The notes beneath the pieces are model-generated. The model made no database searches and was not told where the DNA came from. It saw nothing but the letters and a program-made list of their open reading frames with translations. The position numbers were made by a program, and so were the translations under genes. DNA of 64,000 nt from Candidatus Daviesbacteria bacterium (GTDB lineage Bacteria; Patescibacteriota; Microgenomatia; Daviesbacterales; UBA10151): positions 258,290 through 322,289 of the forward strand of contig JACPKP010000003.1 of NCBI GenBank assembly GCA_016186955.1. The letters run 5' to 3'. Position 1 is the first letter of the stretch. Every line of letters starts with the position of its first letter. Shown in pieces: positions 46,615 through 57,252 of the stretch.

Positions 46615-48571
46615 ATCTTTAGTGCTTGGAAATGGAAATACCCTCATAGGGTTGGATAAATATGCCCAGGTGGCTGATTTTTATTTCCCTTATGTTGGTT
46701 TGGAAAACCAGGTTGGGGGACACCATGTACATAAAATCGGGGTTTGGGTTGACAATAAATTAAGCTGGTTTGATGACGGGAACTGGGAGATTGGGATCAA
46801 TTATGTTTTTGAATCTCTGGTGAGCCGGATAGAAGCGGTAAACCATAATTTAGGGGTTAAAATTACTTTCCGTGATGCAGTCTATAACGAAACAGACATC
46901 TTTATCAGGGAACTGAATATATACAACTTGAGTGAGGAAAAAAGGATTATTAAAGTTTTTTTCCACCAGAAGTTTGAAATAAACCAGTCCAGGCGGGCTG
47001 ATACCGCTTATTACGACCCGGAGAAAAATGTCATTATCCATTATAAAGGCAGGAGGGTTTTTCTGATAAATGCTGCTTCAGGAACGGAAAATTTTGACGA
47101 CTTCGGTATAGGTAATTTTAATATCGAAGGGAAAGAGGGAACTTACAAAGATGCGGAAGACGGCATACTGTCTAAAAACCCAATTGAGCACGGTTTGGTA
47201 GATTCAGTGATTGGTTTTACCTGTCATTTGGAGGGGTTGTCAACGCAGGAGCTTTATTACTGGATAACTGCAGCCAGGCAGGTAAAAGAAGCACACCAGC
47301 TGAATGGATACCTTTTAAAAAAATCGCCTAAGCATTTAATACAGACTACAGAAGATTTCTGGCGGGCTTGGGTTAATAAACAAAGGTTTGATTTTTGTGA
47401 TTTTGATAAACAAGCAGTAGACCTTTTTAAAAAATCACTTTTTATTATGAGAACCCAGGTTGATAACAGGGGGGCAATCCTTGCATCAAGTGATTCGGAT
47501 ATGTTAAAGCACGGCAAGGATAATTACAGTTATGTTTGGCCAAGGGATGGGGCAATAGTTGCACAGGCGCTTGACCAAGTGATGGATAACAATATTACCC
47601 AAACTTTTTACCAGTTTGCCAATAAAATTTTAACTGATGGAGGTTATTTTATGCACAAATACCTTGCAGACCAGTCCTTGGGGAGCTCATGGCACCCGTG
47701 GATCAGGGCCAATAAGATAGAACTGCCTATACAGGAAGATGAGACGGCGCTGGTTGTTGTTGCCCTAAAAGATTATTACGATATAGCCAAAGATTTGGAA
47801 TTTATAGAAAGTATCTATAATTCTTTAATTAAAAAAGCTGCAGATTTTATGGTTTCTTATAGGGATGATAAAACCAAACTGCCAAAACCCAGTTATGACC
47901 TGTGGGAGGAGAAATTTGGTGTCCATACCTATACAGCTTCCTCAGTTTTTGCGGCATTAAATGCGGCCAGCCAATTTGCCAACCTGTTGGGTAAAGGTGA
48001 TGCAGCCTTAATGTATATGCAAACCGCCCAAGAGATCAGGGAAGCGATCATCAAATACCTTTACTCTGAGGAAGAAGGCTATTTTTATAAAAGCATTAAT
48101 TTTGAAGGAGATCAGTTAAAAACAGACAAAATACTTGATTTGTCAAGTTGCTATGGGGTTTTTAAATTCAAAGTTTTAGATGCGGATGATGAGAGGTTGG
48201 TTAAGTCTTTCAAGCTGACAGAAGAGAAGTTGTTTGTGCAAGGAGGAGTCGGCGGTTTTGCCCGTTACTTAGGTGATGATTATTACCGGGTCAGCCAGGA
48301 TACCCCTGGCAATCCTTGGTTTATTACTACGCTTTGGTATGTCCAATTCCAAATTGCAAATTCTAAAACCAAAGAAGACTTGGAAAAAACCAAACATTGG
48401 TTTGGTTGGGTGGTAAAGTATGCCTTACCTTCAGGGATTTTATCAGAACAGCTGCACCCTTTTACCGGTGAACAGGTATCTGCAGCGCCCTTAACCTGGA
48501 GCCATGCAGAATTTGTCTTGACAGTACTCCAGTATCTTAAGAAAATGTCATACCTGGGCTTTTGCGGTTAA
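46607..48571 (+). CDS. GH15 glucoamylase family protein
   Basis: YVWPRDGA, QEDETA, DLWEE, SEQ, PLTWSHA. Confidence 0.93.
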   Translation: MPKSLVLGNGNTLIGLDKYAQVADFYFPYVGLENQVGGHHVHKIGVWVDNKLSWFDDGNWEIGINYVFESLVSRIEAVNHNLGVKITFRDAVYNETDIFIRELNIYNLSEEKRIIKVFFHQKFEINQSRRADTAYYDPEKNVIIHYKGRRVFLINAASGTENFDDFGIGNFNIEGKEGTYKDAEDGILSKNPIEHGLVDSVIGFTCHLEGLSTQELYYWITAARQVKEAHQLNGYLLKKSPKHLIQTTEDFWRAWVNKQRFDFCDFDKQAVDLFKKSLFIMRTQVDNRGAILASSDSDMLKHGKDNYSYVWPRDGAIVAQALDQVMDNNITQTFYQFANKILTDGGYFMHKYLADQSLGSSWHPWIRANKIELPIQEDETALVVVALKDYYDIAKDLEFIESIYNSLIKKAADFMVSYRDDKTKLPKPSYDLWEEKFGVHTYTASSVFAALNAASQFANLLGKGDAALMYMQTAQEIREAIIKYLYSEEEGYFYKSINFEGDQLKTDKILDLSSCYGVFKFKVLDADDERLVKSFKLTEEKLFVQGGVGGFARYLGDDYYRVSQDTPGNPWFITTLWYVQFQIANSKTKEDLEKTKHWFGWVVKYALPSGILSEQLHPFTGEQVSAAPLTWSHAEFVLTVLQYLKKMSYLGFCG

Positions 48572-48623
48572 AGCGGCAGAATAAAGTAAAAGTTAGGTTG
48601 GTTTTCTGCTACAATCTAATAGT

Positions 48624-51050
48624 ATGTCCCAAAACTTCATTAGGCTTTTTGAAGATGTTGGTATTTTAGATGTCAGTGAAGTTGGCGGGAAAAATGCATC
48701 ACTGGGGGAGATGATCCGCGAACTTGAGGAAAAAGGCATCAGTGTGCCCGGAGGCTATATCGTTACTGCAACTGCCTACAGGTTTTTTCTCTCCGAAACA
48801 GGGTTGGACGGTTTTATCAAAGAAACTCTAAAGGGGTTAAATACCGGGGATATGGAGGATTTAAAAGAGCGGGGAGGTAAAATCAGAGAAAAAATAAAGT
48901 CTATGGATTTTCCGGATTCCCTGCGCGATGATATCCTCAAAGCCCATGATGCTGCAGAAAAAAGATACGGCAAAGGGGTTGATTTTGCCGTCCGCTCATC
49001 AGCGACTGCGGAAGACCTGCCGGATGCATCCTTTGCAGGCGAACACGAAACATTCCTAAACGTCAGAGGGGAGGGTATTTTAAACGCCATCAGGTCTGCC
49101 ATGGCCTCACTTTTTACCGACAGGGCGATCTCATACCGGGTGGATAAAGGTTTTGACCACCTCAAAGTAGCTTTATCGGTTGGTGTCCAAAAAATGGTTC
49201 GTTCTGATTTAGGCTGCTCAGGGGTGATGTTTTCCCTTGACACTGAAACAGGTTTTCCGGGTGTGGTTTTAATCAATGGCTCTTGGGGTTTGGGTGAGAT
49301 GATTGTCCAGGGTGAAGTTTCACCGGATGAATTTTTGGTTTTCAAAAAAACCTTAAATGTCTCCAGGCACAGCCATTTTAAGGTTTTTAGGCGGGGGTGC
49401 TTTAAGCCGGTAATTGATAAGAAACTGGGGGAGAAGCACAAAAAGATGGTCTACGGTGAAGATCAGCCAACCAAAATTGTAGAAACTTCCCAAAAAGAAA
49501 AAATTAGTTTTGTTCTGACTGATGAGGAGATCCTGAAACTGGCCGGTTGGGCGGTTTTAATTGAGGACCATTATTCAAAAAAACACGGCAGATGGACACC
49601 GATGGATATGGAATGGGCCAAAGACGGCCGGGAAAATAAACTGTATATGATCCAGGCCAGGCCTGAGACAGTCCATGCCGCCCGTGATTTTTCCGTTTTT
49701 AGGGAATATTCAAGGACCCAAGAGGGTGAAAAAATCGTGACCGGCGCATCTGTCGGTAATAAAATTGCAGCCGGAAAAGCCCGGATTATCTTTGACCCTA
49801 AAGACATCGGTAATTTCCAAAAAGGTGAAGTGTTGGTAACTGGGATGACTGACCCTGACTGGGAGCCGATTATGAAGATAGCATCAGCGATTGTGACAGA
49901 TAAAGGCGGCAGGACTTCGCATGCGGCAATTGTTTCAAGGGAGTTGGGGATCCCGGCAGTTGTTGGGTGCAAAGATGCAACGGGTAAAATAAAAACAGGG
50001 GAGCAGGTGACAGTTGACTGCAGTAGCGAGGAAGGGGTTGTGTTAAAAGGTATATTGAAATTTAAAGTTATGGAACATAACGTTTCCTCGCTTCCCCAGA
50101 CCAAAACCCATGTAATGGTAAATATCGCCACCCCTCAGAGCGCATTTGAAAAATCCTTTCTGCCAAACAAAGGAGTTGGGCTTGCCAGGGAGGAATTCAT
50201 TATAGCCTCAGAGATCGGTATCCATCCAATGGCCCTGGTTAATTTTGAACATCTGCCGGAAAGTCTAGCCCACAAAATTGATGTAAAGACAGTAGGCTAC
50301 AAGGATAAAGTGCAATATTTCATCGATAAACTATCTTATGGAATAGCCAAAATCTCAGCTTCATTTTACCCCAGTTCGGTGATAGTGCGTTTTTCGGATT
50401 TTAAAACCAATGAATACCGGAAGTTGTTGGGAGGGGAAATTTATGAGCCGGAAGAAGAAAACCCGATGATAGGCTGGCGCGGGGCTTCCCGTTATTATGC
50501 TTCGGATTTTGCCCCGGCTTTTATTCTCGAGATTAAAGCAATTAAAAAGGTCATTGACGGGTTTGGGCTTACCAACACCATGGTGATGGTGCCGTTTTGC
50601 CGGAGTGTGGAAGAGGGCAGGAAGGTGATTAAAATAATTAAGGAGAACGGGTTATCCAGAAAAACCCATAAAGAATTAAAAATTTATGTCATGTGCGAAA
50701 TTCCTGTTAATGTAATACTGGCTGATCAGTTTCTTGATATATTTGACGGAATGAGTATCGGATCCAATGACCTGACCCAGCTTACTTTGGGGATTGACAG
50801 GGACGGAAATGAAAAGATCAGGGGTATTGCCAATGAAAATGATGAAAGCGTCAAGATAATGATTTCCGAAGTTATTAAAAAATGCAAAGACAGGGGGAAG
50901 TACATCGGGATCTGCGGCCAGGCGCCCTCTGATTATCCGGAGTTTGTCAGGTTTTTGGTTAAAAAGGGGATAGAGAGCATATCATTAAACCCCGATTCGT
51001 TAATTAAGACTTTGGTAATGGTGCATAAATTCGAGCAGGAGTTGCGATGA
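48624..51050 (+). CDS. ppsA: Phosphoenolpyruvate synthase
   Basis: VGGKNASLGEM, AVRSSATAED, GGRTSHAAIVSRE (phospho-His), IGSNDLTQ. Confidence 0.97.
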   Translation: MSQNFIRLFEDVGILDVSEVGGKNASLGEMIRELEEKGISVPGGYIVTATAYRFFLSETGLDGFIKETLKGLNTGDMEDLKERGGKIREKIKSMDFPDSLRDDILKAHDAAEKRYGKGVDFAVRSSATAEDLPDASFAGEHETFLNVRGEGILNAIRSAMASLFTDRAISYRVDKGFDHLKVALSVGVQKMVRSDLGCSGVMFSLDTETGFPGVVLINGSWGLGEMIVQGEVSPDEFLVFKKTLNVSRHSHFKVFRRGCFKPVIDKKLGEKHKKMVYGEDQPTKIVETSQKEKISFVLTDEEILKLAGWAVLIEDHYSKKHGRWTPMDMEWAKDGRENKLYMIQARPETVHAARDFSVFREYSRTQEGEKIVTGASVGNKIAAGKARIIFDPKDIGNFQKGEVLVTGMTDPDWEPIMKIASAIVTDKGGRTSHAAIVSRELGIPAVVGCKDATGKIKTGEQVTVDCSSEEGVVLKGILKFKVMEHNVSSLPQTKTHVMVNIATPQSAFEKSFLPNKGVGLAREEFIIASEIGIHPMALVNFEHLPESLAHKIDVKTVGYKDKVQYFIDKLSYGIAKISASFYPSSVIVRFSDFKTNEYRKLLGGEIYEPEEENPMIGWRGASRYYASDFAPAFILEIKAIKKVIDGFGLTNTMVMVPFCRSVEEGRKVIKIIKENGLSRKTHKELKIYVMCEIPVNVILADQFLDIFDGMSIGSNDLTQLTLGIDRDGNEKIRGIANENDESVKIMISEVIKKCKDRGKYIGICGQAPSDYPEFVRFLVKKGIESISLNPDSLIKTLVMVHKFEQELR

Positions 51051-52234
51051 GAGTGCACTCTGTTGAACTGAAGATAATAGATGATTCCCGCTTGGATCCG
51101 ACAATAGAGGCAAGCCTTAATTTAGACGGACAGGAAGCTTCAGCCAGCGTACCTTCGGGGAAAAGTAAAGGCAAAAACGAGGCAGTTGTTGTAGAGCCCC
51201 AGAAAGCCCTGTACCTTCTTGAAGATATAAAATCCAGGATAACCCAAACTGATTTTAATGCACTGGAAGAGTTTGACTTGTTTTTGAATAAATTGGATGG
51301 AACAGCAGATAAGCACCGGTTGGGAGGCAACCTGATATTGGCGCTAAGCAGCGCCTTTACCAAAGCCTGGGCTAAACTGCAAAAATTGGAGACATTCCAG
51401 CTTATTGCAAAAATTTCCAACCAGAAAGCCGCAAGATCACCGCTCTTATTTTTTAACCTGATTGAAGGGGGCGTACATGTAAAAAACGGGCCGGCATTTC
51501 AGGAGTATCTGTTTGTGCCGGATTTACCCGGTGCAGAGCAATCTTTAAAATCAGCCCAGGGGATGATTAAGGTTTTGGGGGGAATCATTCAGGAACGATA
51601 CGGGCAGTTGGTTTATGGGGATGAAGGAGGTTTTAGCATTGGATCAGATAATCCGGAAGCAGGCCTTCAGTTGCTTGATACAGCCAGGAAGCAGTTAGGA
51701 CAGGAGCAGTCATTTTTAAGTTTGGATGTAGCAGCGTCAACTTTTTACCGGGACGGAAGATATAAAGTAGGGCAAAACTTTTTAACCTGGTCAGAGCTTT
51801 TTAATTTATACGTTGGATTTGTTGACAAATATAACCTGCTTTCAATAGAAGACCCGTACGGTGAATCAGATTACGGGGGGTTTGAGAATATCACTGCAAA
51901 ATTAGGCGGAAAAATATGGGTGGTAGGCGATGATTTAACAACAACCAATGTCCAGCTGATAAAAAGAGCCCAAAAGGATAATTTAGTTAATGCAGTCATC
52001 ATTAAACCGACCCAGATAGGGTCGGTCTCGGAAGCTATCCGGGCTGCGCTGCTGGCTAAATCTTACGGATGGAAGATTATTATCAGCCACAGGAGCGGGG
52101 AAACGATGGATGATTTTATTGCGGATCTGGCGTTTGGTTTAGGGGCAGACGGGTTAAAAGCCGGCTCGCCGTCGCAAAAGGAGAGGTTGGTCAAATATGA
52201 AAGGGTGGTTAGAATTGAAGAGCTTAGAGCTTAG
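51047..52234 (+). CDS. eno: Enolase (short, divergent)
   Basis: DSR, VPSG, GDEGGF, LDVAAS, SIEDP, GDDL, IKPTQIG, SHRSGET. Confidence 0.93.
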   Translation: MRVHSVELKIIDDSRLDPTIEASLNLDGQEASASVPSGKSKGKNEAVVVEPQKALYLLEDIKSRITQTDFNALEEFDLFLNKLDGTADKHRLGGNLILALSSAFTKAWAKLQKLETFQLIAKISNQKAARSPLLFFNLIEGGVHVKNGPAFQEYLFVPDLPGAEQSLKSAQGMIKVLGGIIQERYGQLVYGDEGGFSIGSDNPEAGLQLLDTARKQLGQEQSFLSLDVAASTFYRDGRYKVGQNFLTWSELFNLYVGFVDKYNLLSIEDPYGESDYGGFENITAKLGGKIWVVGDDLTTTNVQLIKRAQKDNLVNAVIIKPTQIGSVSEAIRAALLAKSYGWKIIISHRSGETMDDFIADLAFGLGADGLKAGSPSQKERLVKYERVVRIEELRA

Positions 52235-53508
52235 AGCTTTAGGCTGAGCATTAGATCAGAGACATTTGAACCGGTGGGGCCGGTTATAATCAGATCCCCC
52301 AGCTTTTCAAATACAGGATAGGAATTTAAATTTTCTTTTTCATCTGTATAACTGAAATGTTCATTTATTTTTTCAATTGATTTTTCGTCTATAACCGCCC
52401 CGTCTGCATCCGAATTATCCACCCCGTCGCTAGCAAAAGCGATAAAAACCTGGTTAGGGGAGATATAAGGAATTGATTCCAGAGCGAGTTGTTGGCACCT
52501 GCCGCCCTTGCCGTATCTGCCTTTGTAAGCCGTCAGGGAAGGTTCTCCCCCGGCAATCCTGACCTGTTTTTGAGATAAGTTTTCATTGAGGCGCCTGGCG
52601 ATTTCAGATAGAGGACTCATTAAGGATTCCGAAACGATTTCTGTTGAGAATCCAAGCTCAGTAGATTTTTTAGCCATCGCCTCAACTGCTTCATGGTTTG
52701 ACACCATCAATATATTTGTAACTTTTTGAAAATACTTTTCTTCTTTGGGCGTTTCGGAAAAATTAATGCCCGGAAAATTTAAGTTATATTTACGGATTAA
52801 GGCTTGCACATCCCCCAGGGTTGATTTATCCGGAAAAGTCGGGCCGGAGGCGACATTTTCCATATCCCCGCCGGGGATATCTGAAAAGACCAAACCGATG
52901 ACAGTGGCAGGATAGAGTAATTTTGCCAAGCCCCCGCCCTTTAGTGTTGATGTGTGTTTGCGGAGCGTGTTTAATTCATTAATATTGCCTCCGGTTTTCA
53001 GGAAAACATCATAGATAGCGATATCCCAGGCGCATTCGGTTTCAGAAGAGCAAAGCAGGCTTGACCCTCCGCCTGATACAATGCAGATAACCAGGTCATC
53101 TTTTGTAACTCCTTTTGCAACATCCATGATTTGTTGTGTTGCTATAACATTTGCCGGAGTTGGTTTCGGATGGCTGCCCTCATAAATTTTGATGTTGGGG
53201 TTTTCGCAATGAGCAGTCCGGATATCTATAGCGATACCTGATGTGATATGGGCGCTTAAAAGGTCATTGATGGCGATTATCCCGTCACAAGAGGCTTTGC
53301 CAAAACCGAATACGTAAATCTTTTTAAAAGGTTTTAAGTCAATTTTTTTATCTTTAATTGTTAAAACATTGCCGTCAAGTTTTAAGCTTGTTTTGATGAT
53401 GCGTTCAGTATTGATTGCTGCCAAACCTGCTTCAGCTATTTTTAATGCAGCAGATCTTGGCTCTGATGTAGCCAGTTTAGCAAAGTTTTTAACAGTATGG
53501 TTATCCAT
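52231..53508 (-). CDS. Glycerate 2-kinase (MOFRL/TtuD/GckA family)
   Basis: GKAS, HPKP, SGGGSSL, RKH...KGG, SGPT, GGR, SDGVD, TGPTGSNVSD. Confidence 0.92.
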   Translation of the reverse strand: MDNHTVKNFAKLATSEPRSAALKIAEAGLAAINTERIIKTSLKLDGNVLTIKDKKIDLKPFKKIYVFGFGKASCDGIIAINDLLSAHITSGIAIDIRTAHCENPNIKIYEGSHPKPTPANVIATQQIMDVAKGVTKDDLVICIVSGGGSSLLCSSETECAWDIAIYDVFLKTGGNINELNTLRKHTSTLKGGGLAKLLYPATVIGLVFSDIPGGDMENVASGPTFPDKSTLGDVQALIRKYNLNFPGINFSETPKEEKYFQKVTNILMVSNHEAVEAMAKKSTELGFSTEIVSESLMSPLSEIARRLNENLSQKQVRIAGGEPSLTAYKGRYGKGGRCQQLALESIPYISPNQVFIAFASDGVDNSDADGAVIDEKSIEKINEHFSYTDEKENLNSYPVFEKLGDLIITGPTGSNVSDLMLSLKL

Positions 53509-54511
53509 TGACTATATTTTGGGGAGCGCCGGACAAAAATGAGTTAATATTGTCAACTGTTGTCTGTCTGATTGATTGTTCCGCTTCTTTTGTGTAGAAA
53601 GCCATGTGCGGGGTAATAATTACCTGTGGCAGGCTTATCAGCATATGGTCCTCCAGGATATTTTTGTATTTCTCCTGAGGAATGGCATTTTTACTCAGCA
53701 GTTCGATTTCTTCCTTCAACTCTTCCTCCTCTTCTAAAACATCTAAGGCAGCCCCGCTGATACGGCCGCCTGAAAGCGCTTTAAACAAAGCATCTGTTTC
53801 TACTACACCGCCTCTTGATGTATTTATCAACAGACTTCCTTGTTTGATAAGTTGCAGGTTGCTGCTGTTTAAAAGATGATGTGTTTCTTTATTGTATGGA
53901 ACATGGATTGTTACAATATCGGATGACTGGAGTACTAAATCAAGTGAACAATACCGGAATTTTAAGTCATTTGCCAGGTCATGGTTGGGGAAAGTATCAA
54001 AAGCCATTATTTCCATCCCAAAACTTTTAGCAATCCGCATCACATTGCTGCCGATTTTGCCTGTTCCGATGACACCTAAAGTTTTGCCGAAAAGGTCCAT
54101 ACCCCGGAACCCCTCAAAGGAAAAATTCTTCTCTGTTTTTACCCTGTTTATTGCCAGGTAAGTTTTGCGGGTTAAGTTTAATATTAGTGAGAATGTAAAC
54201 TCAGCAACTGTATGGGAGCCATAAGCCGGTACATTGGAAACCGGGATATTTTTCTGTTTAGCGGTGTTGACATCAATATTATCAAAGCCTGTTGAACGGG
54301 GGAAAACCGCTTTTAAGTTTGGCAGCTCATTTAAAGCGGCGGCATCAATTTTACTGCTTACAAATACCGAGATCAGGTCAAAATCTTTTGCATTGGAAAT
54401 TGGGTTTGCATCTAAGGGTTCTTTGGAGAAAAAAAGGTCATGTTGGGAGAGTTTTTCTTTGAAAAAATTAATCTCTTCATCGCGTGTTATTTCAAAGAAA
54501 GCAATCTTCAT
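53501..54511 (-). CDS. D-isomer-specific 2-hydroxyacid dehydrogenase (LdhA-like)
   Basis: RSTGFDNID, GTGKIG, INTSRG, LDVLEEE, TPHMAF. Confidence 0.93.
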   Translation of the reverse strand: MKIAFFEITRDEEINFFKEKLSQHDLFFSKEPLDANPISNAKDFDLISVFVSSKIDAAALNELPNLKAVFPRSTGFDNIDVNTAKQKNIPVSNVPAYGSHTVAEFTFSLILNLTRKTYLAINRVKTEKNFSFEGFRGMDLFGKTLGVIGTGKIGSNVMRIAKSFGMEIMAFDTFPNHDLANDLKFRYCSLDLVLQSSDIVTIHVPYNKETHHLLNSSNLQLIKQGSLLINTSRGGVVETDALFKALSGGRISGAALDVLEEEEELKEEIELLSKNAIPQEKYKNILEDHMLISLPQVIITPHMAFYTKEAEQSIRQTTVDNINSFLSGAPQNIVNG

Positions 54512-54541
54512 CCTGAATCAATATAATACCAAACAAAGATA

Positions 54542-55786
54542 TTATGCGTCAATAAATGTTAAAGCAATGCCTGTTTTGCCAGCCCTGCCAGTTCTGCCAA
54601 TTCTGTGGATATAATCATCATAACTTTCCGGTAAATCATAATTGATAACATGGGTGACATTTTCTATATCCAGGCCCCGGGAAGCCACATCAGTGGCCAA
54701 AAGAACCTGGATTTCATTTTGTTTAAAGCGGGCCAAAGCGTGTTGTCTTTGGGATTGGCTTTTATTTCCATGAATTGCTCCTGCCTTAAAACCCCTAAAA
54801 GTTAAATTTTTATAAAGTTTTTCTATGCCATGTTTAGTCCTTCCAAAAACTAAAACTTTGTCAAAACCATCTTTAATTAAAAGATCATGGAGCAGGTTAA
54901 TTTTTTTGGAAGGGTCAGTTACTTTAATAACGTCTTGGTCCACATTTTCACAAGTTTCCTGTTTTTTGACTGAGATGGTTACAGGGTTTGTAACAAATGT
55001 ATTTAAAATACTTTGAGCTTTTGGCGGAATAGTAGCAGAAAAAAATAAAGATTGCCTTATTTTGGGCAAAAGAGAGATAAAATATCTTACATCGTTTATG
55101 AAACCGATATCAACCATTAAATCTACTTCATCAAGGACAATATTTGAATAATCGCCCAAATATATTAATTTTCTTTCCACCAGATCTTTTAGTCTCCCCG
55201 GAGTAGCAACGACTACTTGTGGATTTTGTCTTATGCCATAAATTTGCCTGTTCATATTTGCACCCCCGATAACCAGAGCCGAATGCAGTTTCATATTTAA
55301 GCTAAAATTTCTAAACTCTTCATTTATTTGCACCGCCAGTTCTCTGGTTGGGGCGATAATCAGTATTTTTTGATTTTGGGATATAAATATCTTATTAATT
55401 AAAGGGATTAAAAAGGCAGCGGTTTTACCGGTGCCTGTTCCGGCAAGCCCGATGACATCCCTGCCTTCTAAAATTGGCCGGATAGCCTGGTCCTGAATTG
55501 GAGTTGGCACTTTATACCCATGGTTTAAAATATTTTGTTTAAGTACTGGGACAATTTCAAAATCTTCAAAACTGTTCCGGGGAATATAATTTATGTTAAC
55601 CTCCTCTAAATCGGTTTTTTTAATATATAAGTTAGGGTCAATTATAAGCTTTTGGACTTTACGCATATTACCCCTTGCCCCGCTGGAAAAACGTTTGGGG
55701 TTGTTGAGCCTGCCGCCTGGTGACGTCCTAAAACTTCTCATATAGCCTCCTCTTATGGAGGATCTGTTGTTTGTATACTGATACAT
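54542..55786 (-). CDS. DEAD-box RNA helicase
   Basis: Q-motif PTPIQ, GTGKT, PTRELA, TPGR, DEVD, SAT, SRGLD, HRIGRTGRAG. Confidence 0.96.
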   Translation of the reverse strand: MYQYTNNRSSIRGGYMRSFRTSPGGRLNNPKRFSSGARGNMRKVQKLIIDPNLYIKKTDLEEVNINYIPRNSFEDFEIVPVLKQNILNHGYKVPTPIQDQAIRPILEGRDVIGLAGTGTGKTAAFLIPLINKIFISQNQKILIIAPTRELAVQINEEFRNFSLNMKLHSALVIGGANMNRQIYGIRQNPQVVVATPGRLKDLVERKLIYLGDYSNIVLDEVDLMVDIGFINDVRYFISLLPKIRQSLFFSATIPPKAQSILNTFVTNPVTISVKKQETCENVDQDVIKVTDPSKKINLLHDLLIKDGFDKVLVFGRTKHGIEKLYKNLTFRGFKAGAIHGNKSQSQRQHALARFKQNEIQVLLATDVASRGLDIENVTHVINYDLPESYDDYIHRIGRTGRAGKTGIALTFIDA

Positions 55787-56083
55787 ATTTAGTTCTTCTG
55801 ATCCTCACAAAAATGGAGGATCAGGAAGACAAAAATTTAAATTGAAAAAGAAAAAAGTTGGATTGCTCCAATGGAGCGCATTAAAAGAATGTAATCCCAC
55901 TACCTATATAGTATTCTGCGTAATTTCTGCAGTAATTTGAAGGGAAGAATTTTCTAAATAGCTCAAATTCTTAAATCAAGTAATAATACCATAACACATC
56001 TGAATCCAAAAAGCAAGTCCTATAACGAAAAGGAGTTGTACGGTAGCTTGTTTTATTAGGAGTTTATATTTAGAATAAATAGC

Positions 56084-56851
56084 ATGGGAATTTTGGCATA
56101 CATTATTATCTTTACCCTAGTAGGCAGCGTGGTGTCTTTGGTTGGAGGAATACTGCTTTTAATCAAGCAAAAATTTGCTCTTTCTGTCTCCCATTATTTA
56201 TCTTCATTTGCCGCAGGGGCGTTGCTTTCCGCTGCTTTTTTTGATCTGCTGCCTGAAGCTATAAAGCATATGGAGGAGTTGAAGGTGGATATGAATTTGC
56301 CACTTTGGATGTTGTTTGGCATACTGGCGTTTTTCCTTCTGGAGCGGTTTATCCATCACCACCACAATCACGCCGGTACCCCCAAAGAAGAAAAAAAATC
56401 AATCATTCCTTTGGTGGTAATCGGAGATACGCTGCATAATTTTACCGATGGTATGGCGATTGCTGCTACCTTCTTAATTAGTATTCCCTTGGGTATTGTG
56501 ACATCTTTGGCAGTGGCAGCGCATGAGATTCCCCAAGAAATAGGTGATTTTGGGCTACTGCTTAACAAGGGCTTGGAAAGAAAAAAAGTGCTTTTAATCA
56601 ATCTTTTTAGTTCCTTGGCAGCTTTAGCAGGAGCGGTCCTAGTTTATCTTTATCAGGCAAGTTTTGAAAAACTTCTGCCTGTTATTTTGGCTCTTACGGC
56701 AGGTTTTTTTACTTATATAGCTTTGGCAAACTTGATTCCGGAGATACATAACCAGGACGATCAAAAGATGGCTTTCTGGGAAACTGTGATGTTACTTTTG
56801 GGGGTAGTAGTGGTATATTTTGCTATTTCAACCCTGGAAGGCATCCGCTAA
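56084..56851 (+). CDS. ZIP family metal transporter
   Basis: LLPEA, His-rich loop HHHHNH, HNFTDG, HEIPQEIGD. Confidence 0.95.
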   Translation: MGILAYIIIFTLVGSVVSLVGGILLLIKQKFALSVSHYLSSFAAGALLSAAFFDLLPEAIKHMEELKVDMNLPLWMLFGILAFFLLERFIHHHHNHAGTPKEEKKSIIPLVVIGDTLHNFTDGMAIAATFLISIPLGIVTSLAVAAHEIPQEIGDFGLLLNKGLERKKVLLINLFSSLAALAGAVLVYLYQASFEKLLPVILALTAGFFTYIALANLIPEIHNQDDQKMAFWETVMLLLGVVVVYFAISTLEGIR

Positions 56852-56880
56852 TACTACGTCTTGCCCAAAGTCTCAACTGT

Positions 56881-57246
56881 TTAACTTTGGACATGGATAA
56901 TTTTTAGTTCCTTTAAATCCTGTTCTTTTTTATCCCTGGCGATCAATCCAATTTCCCAATCTTCCTTTTCTTTACCCTCATCTTCTGAAACATAATTTAA
57001 AATCCCGGGTTGGTCACCCGAAACTATCCAACCTGGTAAACCCTCAAGTTTCATTACCTGAAAATCTGCTGAAGGTGTTCCCGGAGTGGATGTACCGTAT
57101 TTTTGCAAAACCTCTTTTGCCTCAGTTTCCAAATCTCCTTTAGGATGGTAGAGGATCACACAGGTTCCACTGCTAAAAACCACCCAATTTTTAATCTTTG
57201 GCTCAATAACTTTTCTGTAAATATCTATAATTTGGTTAATATCCAT
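56881..57246 (-). CDS. Hypothetical protein
   Basis: 121-aa ORF; WVVF..GTCV, GTPSADF. Confidence 0.7.
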   Translation of the reverse strand: MDINQIIDIYRKVIEPKIKNWVVFSSGTCVILYHPKGDLETEAKEVLQKYGTSTPGTPSADFQVMKLEGLPGWIVSGDQPGILNYVSEDEGKEKEDWEIGLIARDKKEQDLKELKIIHVQS

Positions 57247-57252
57247 ATTAAG

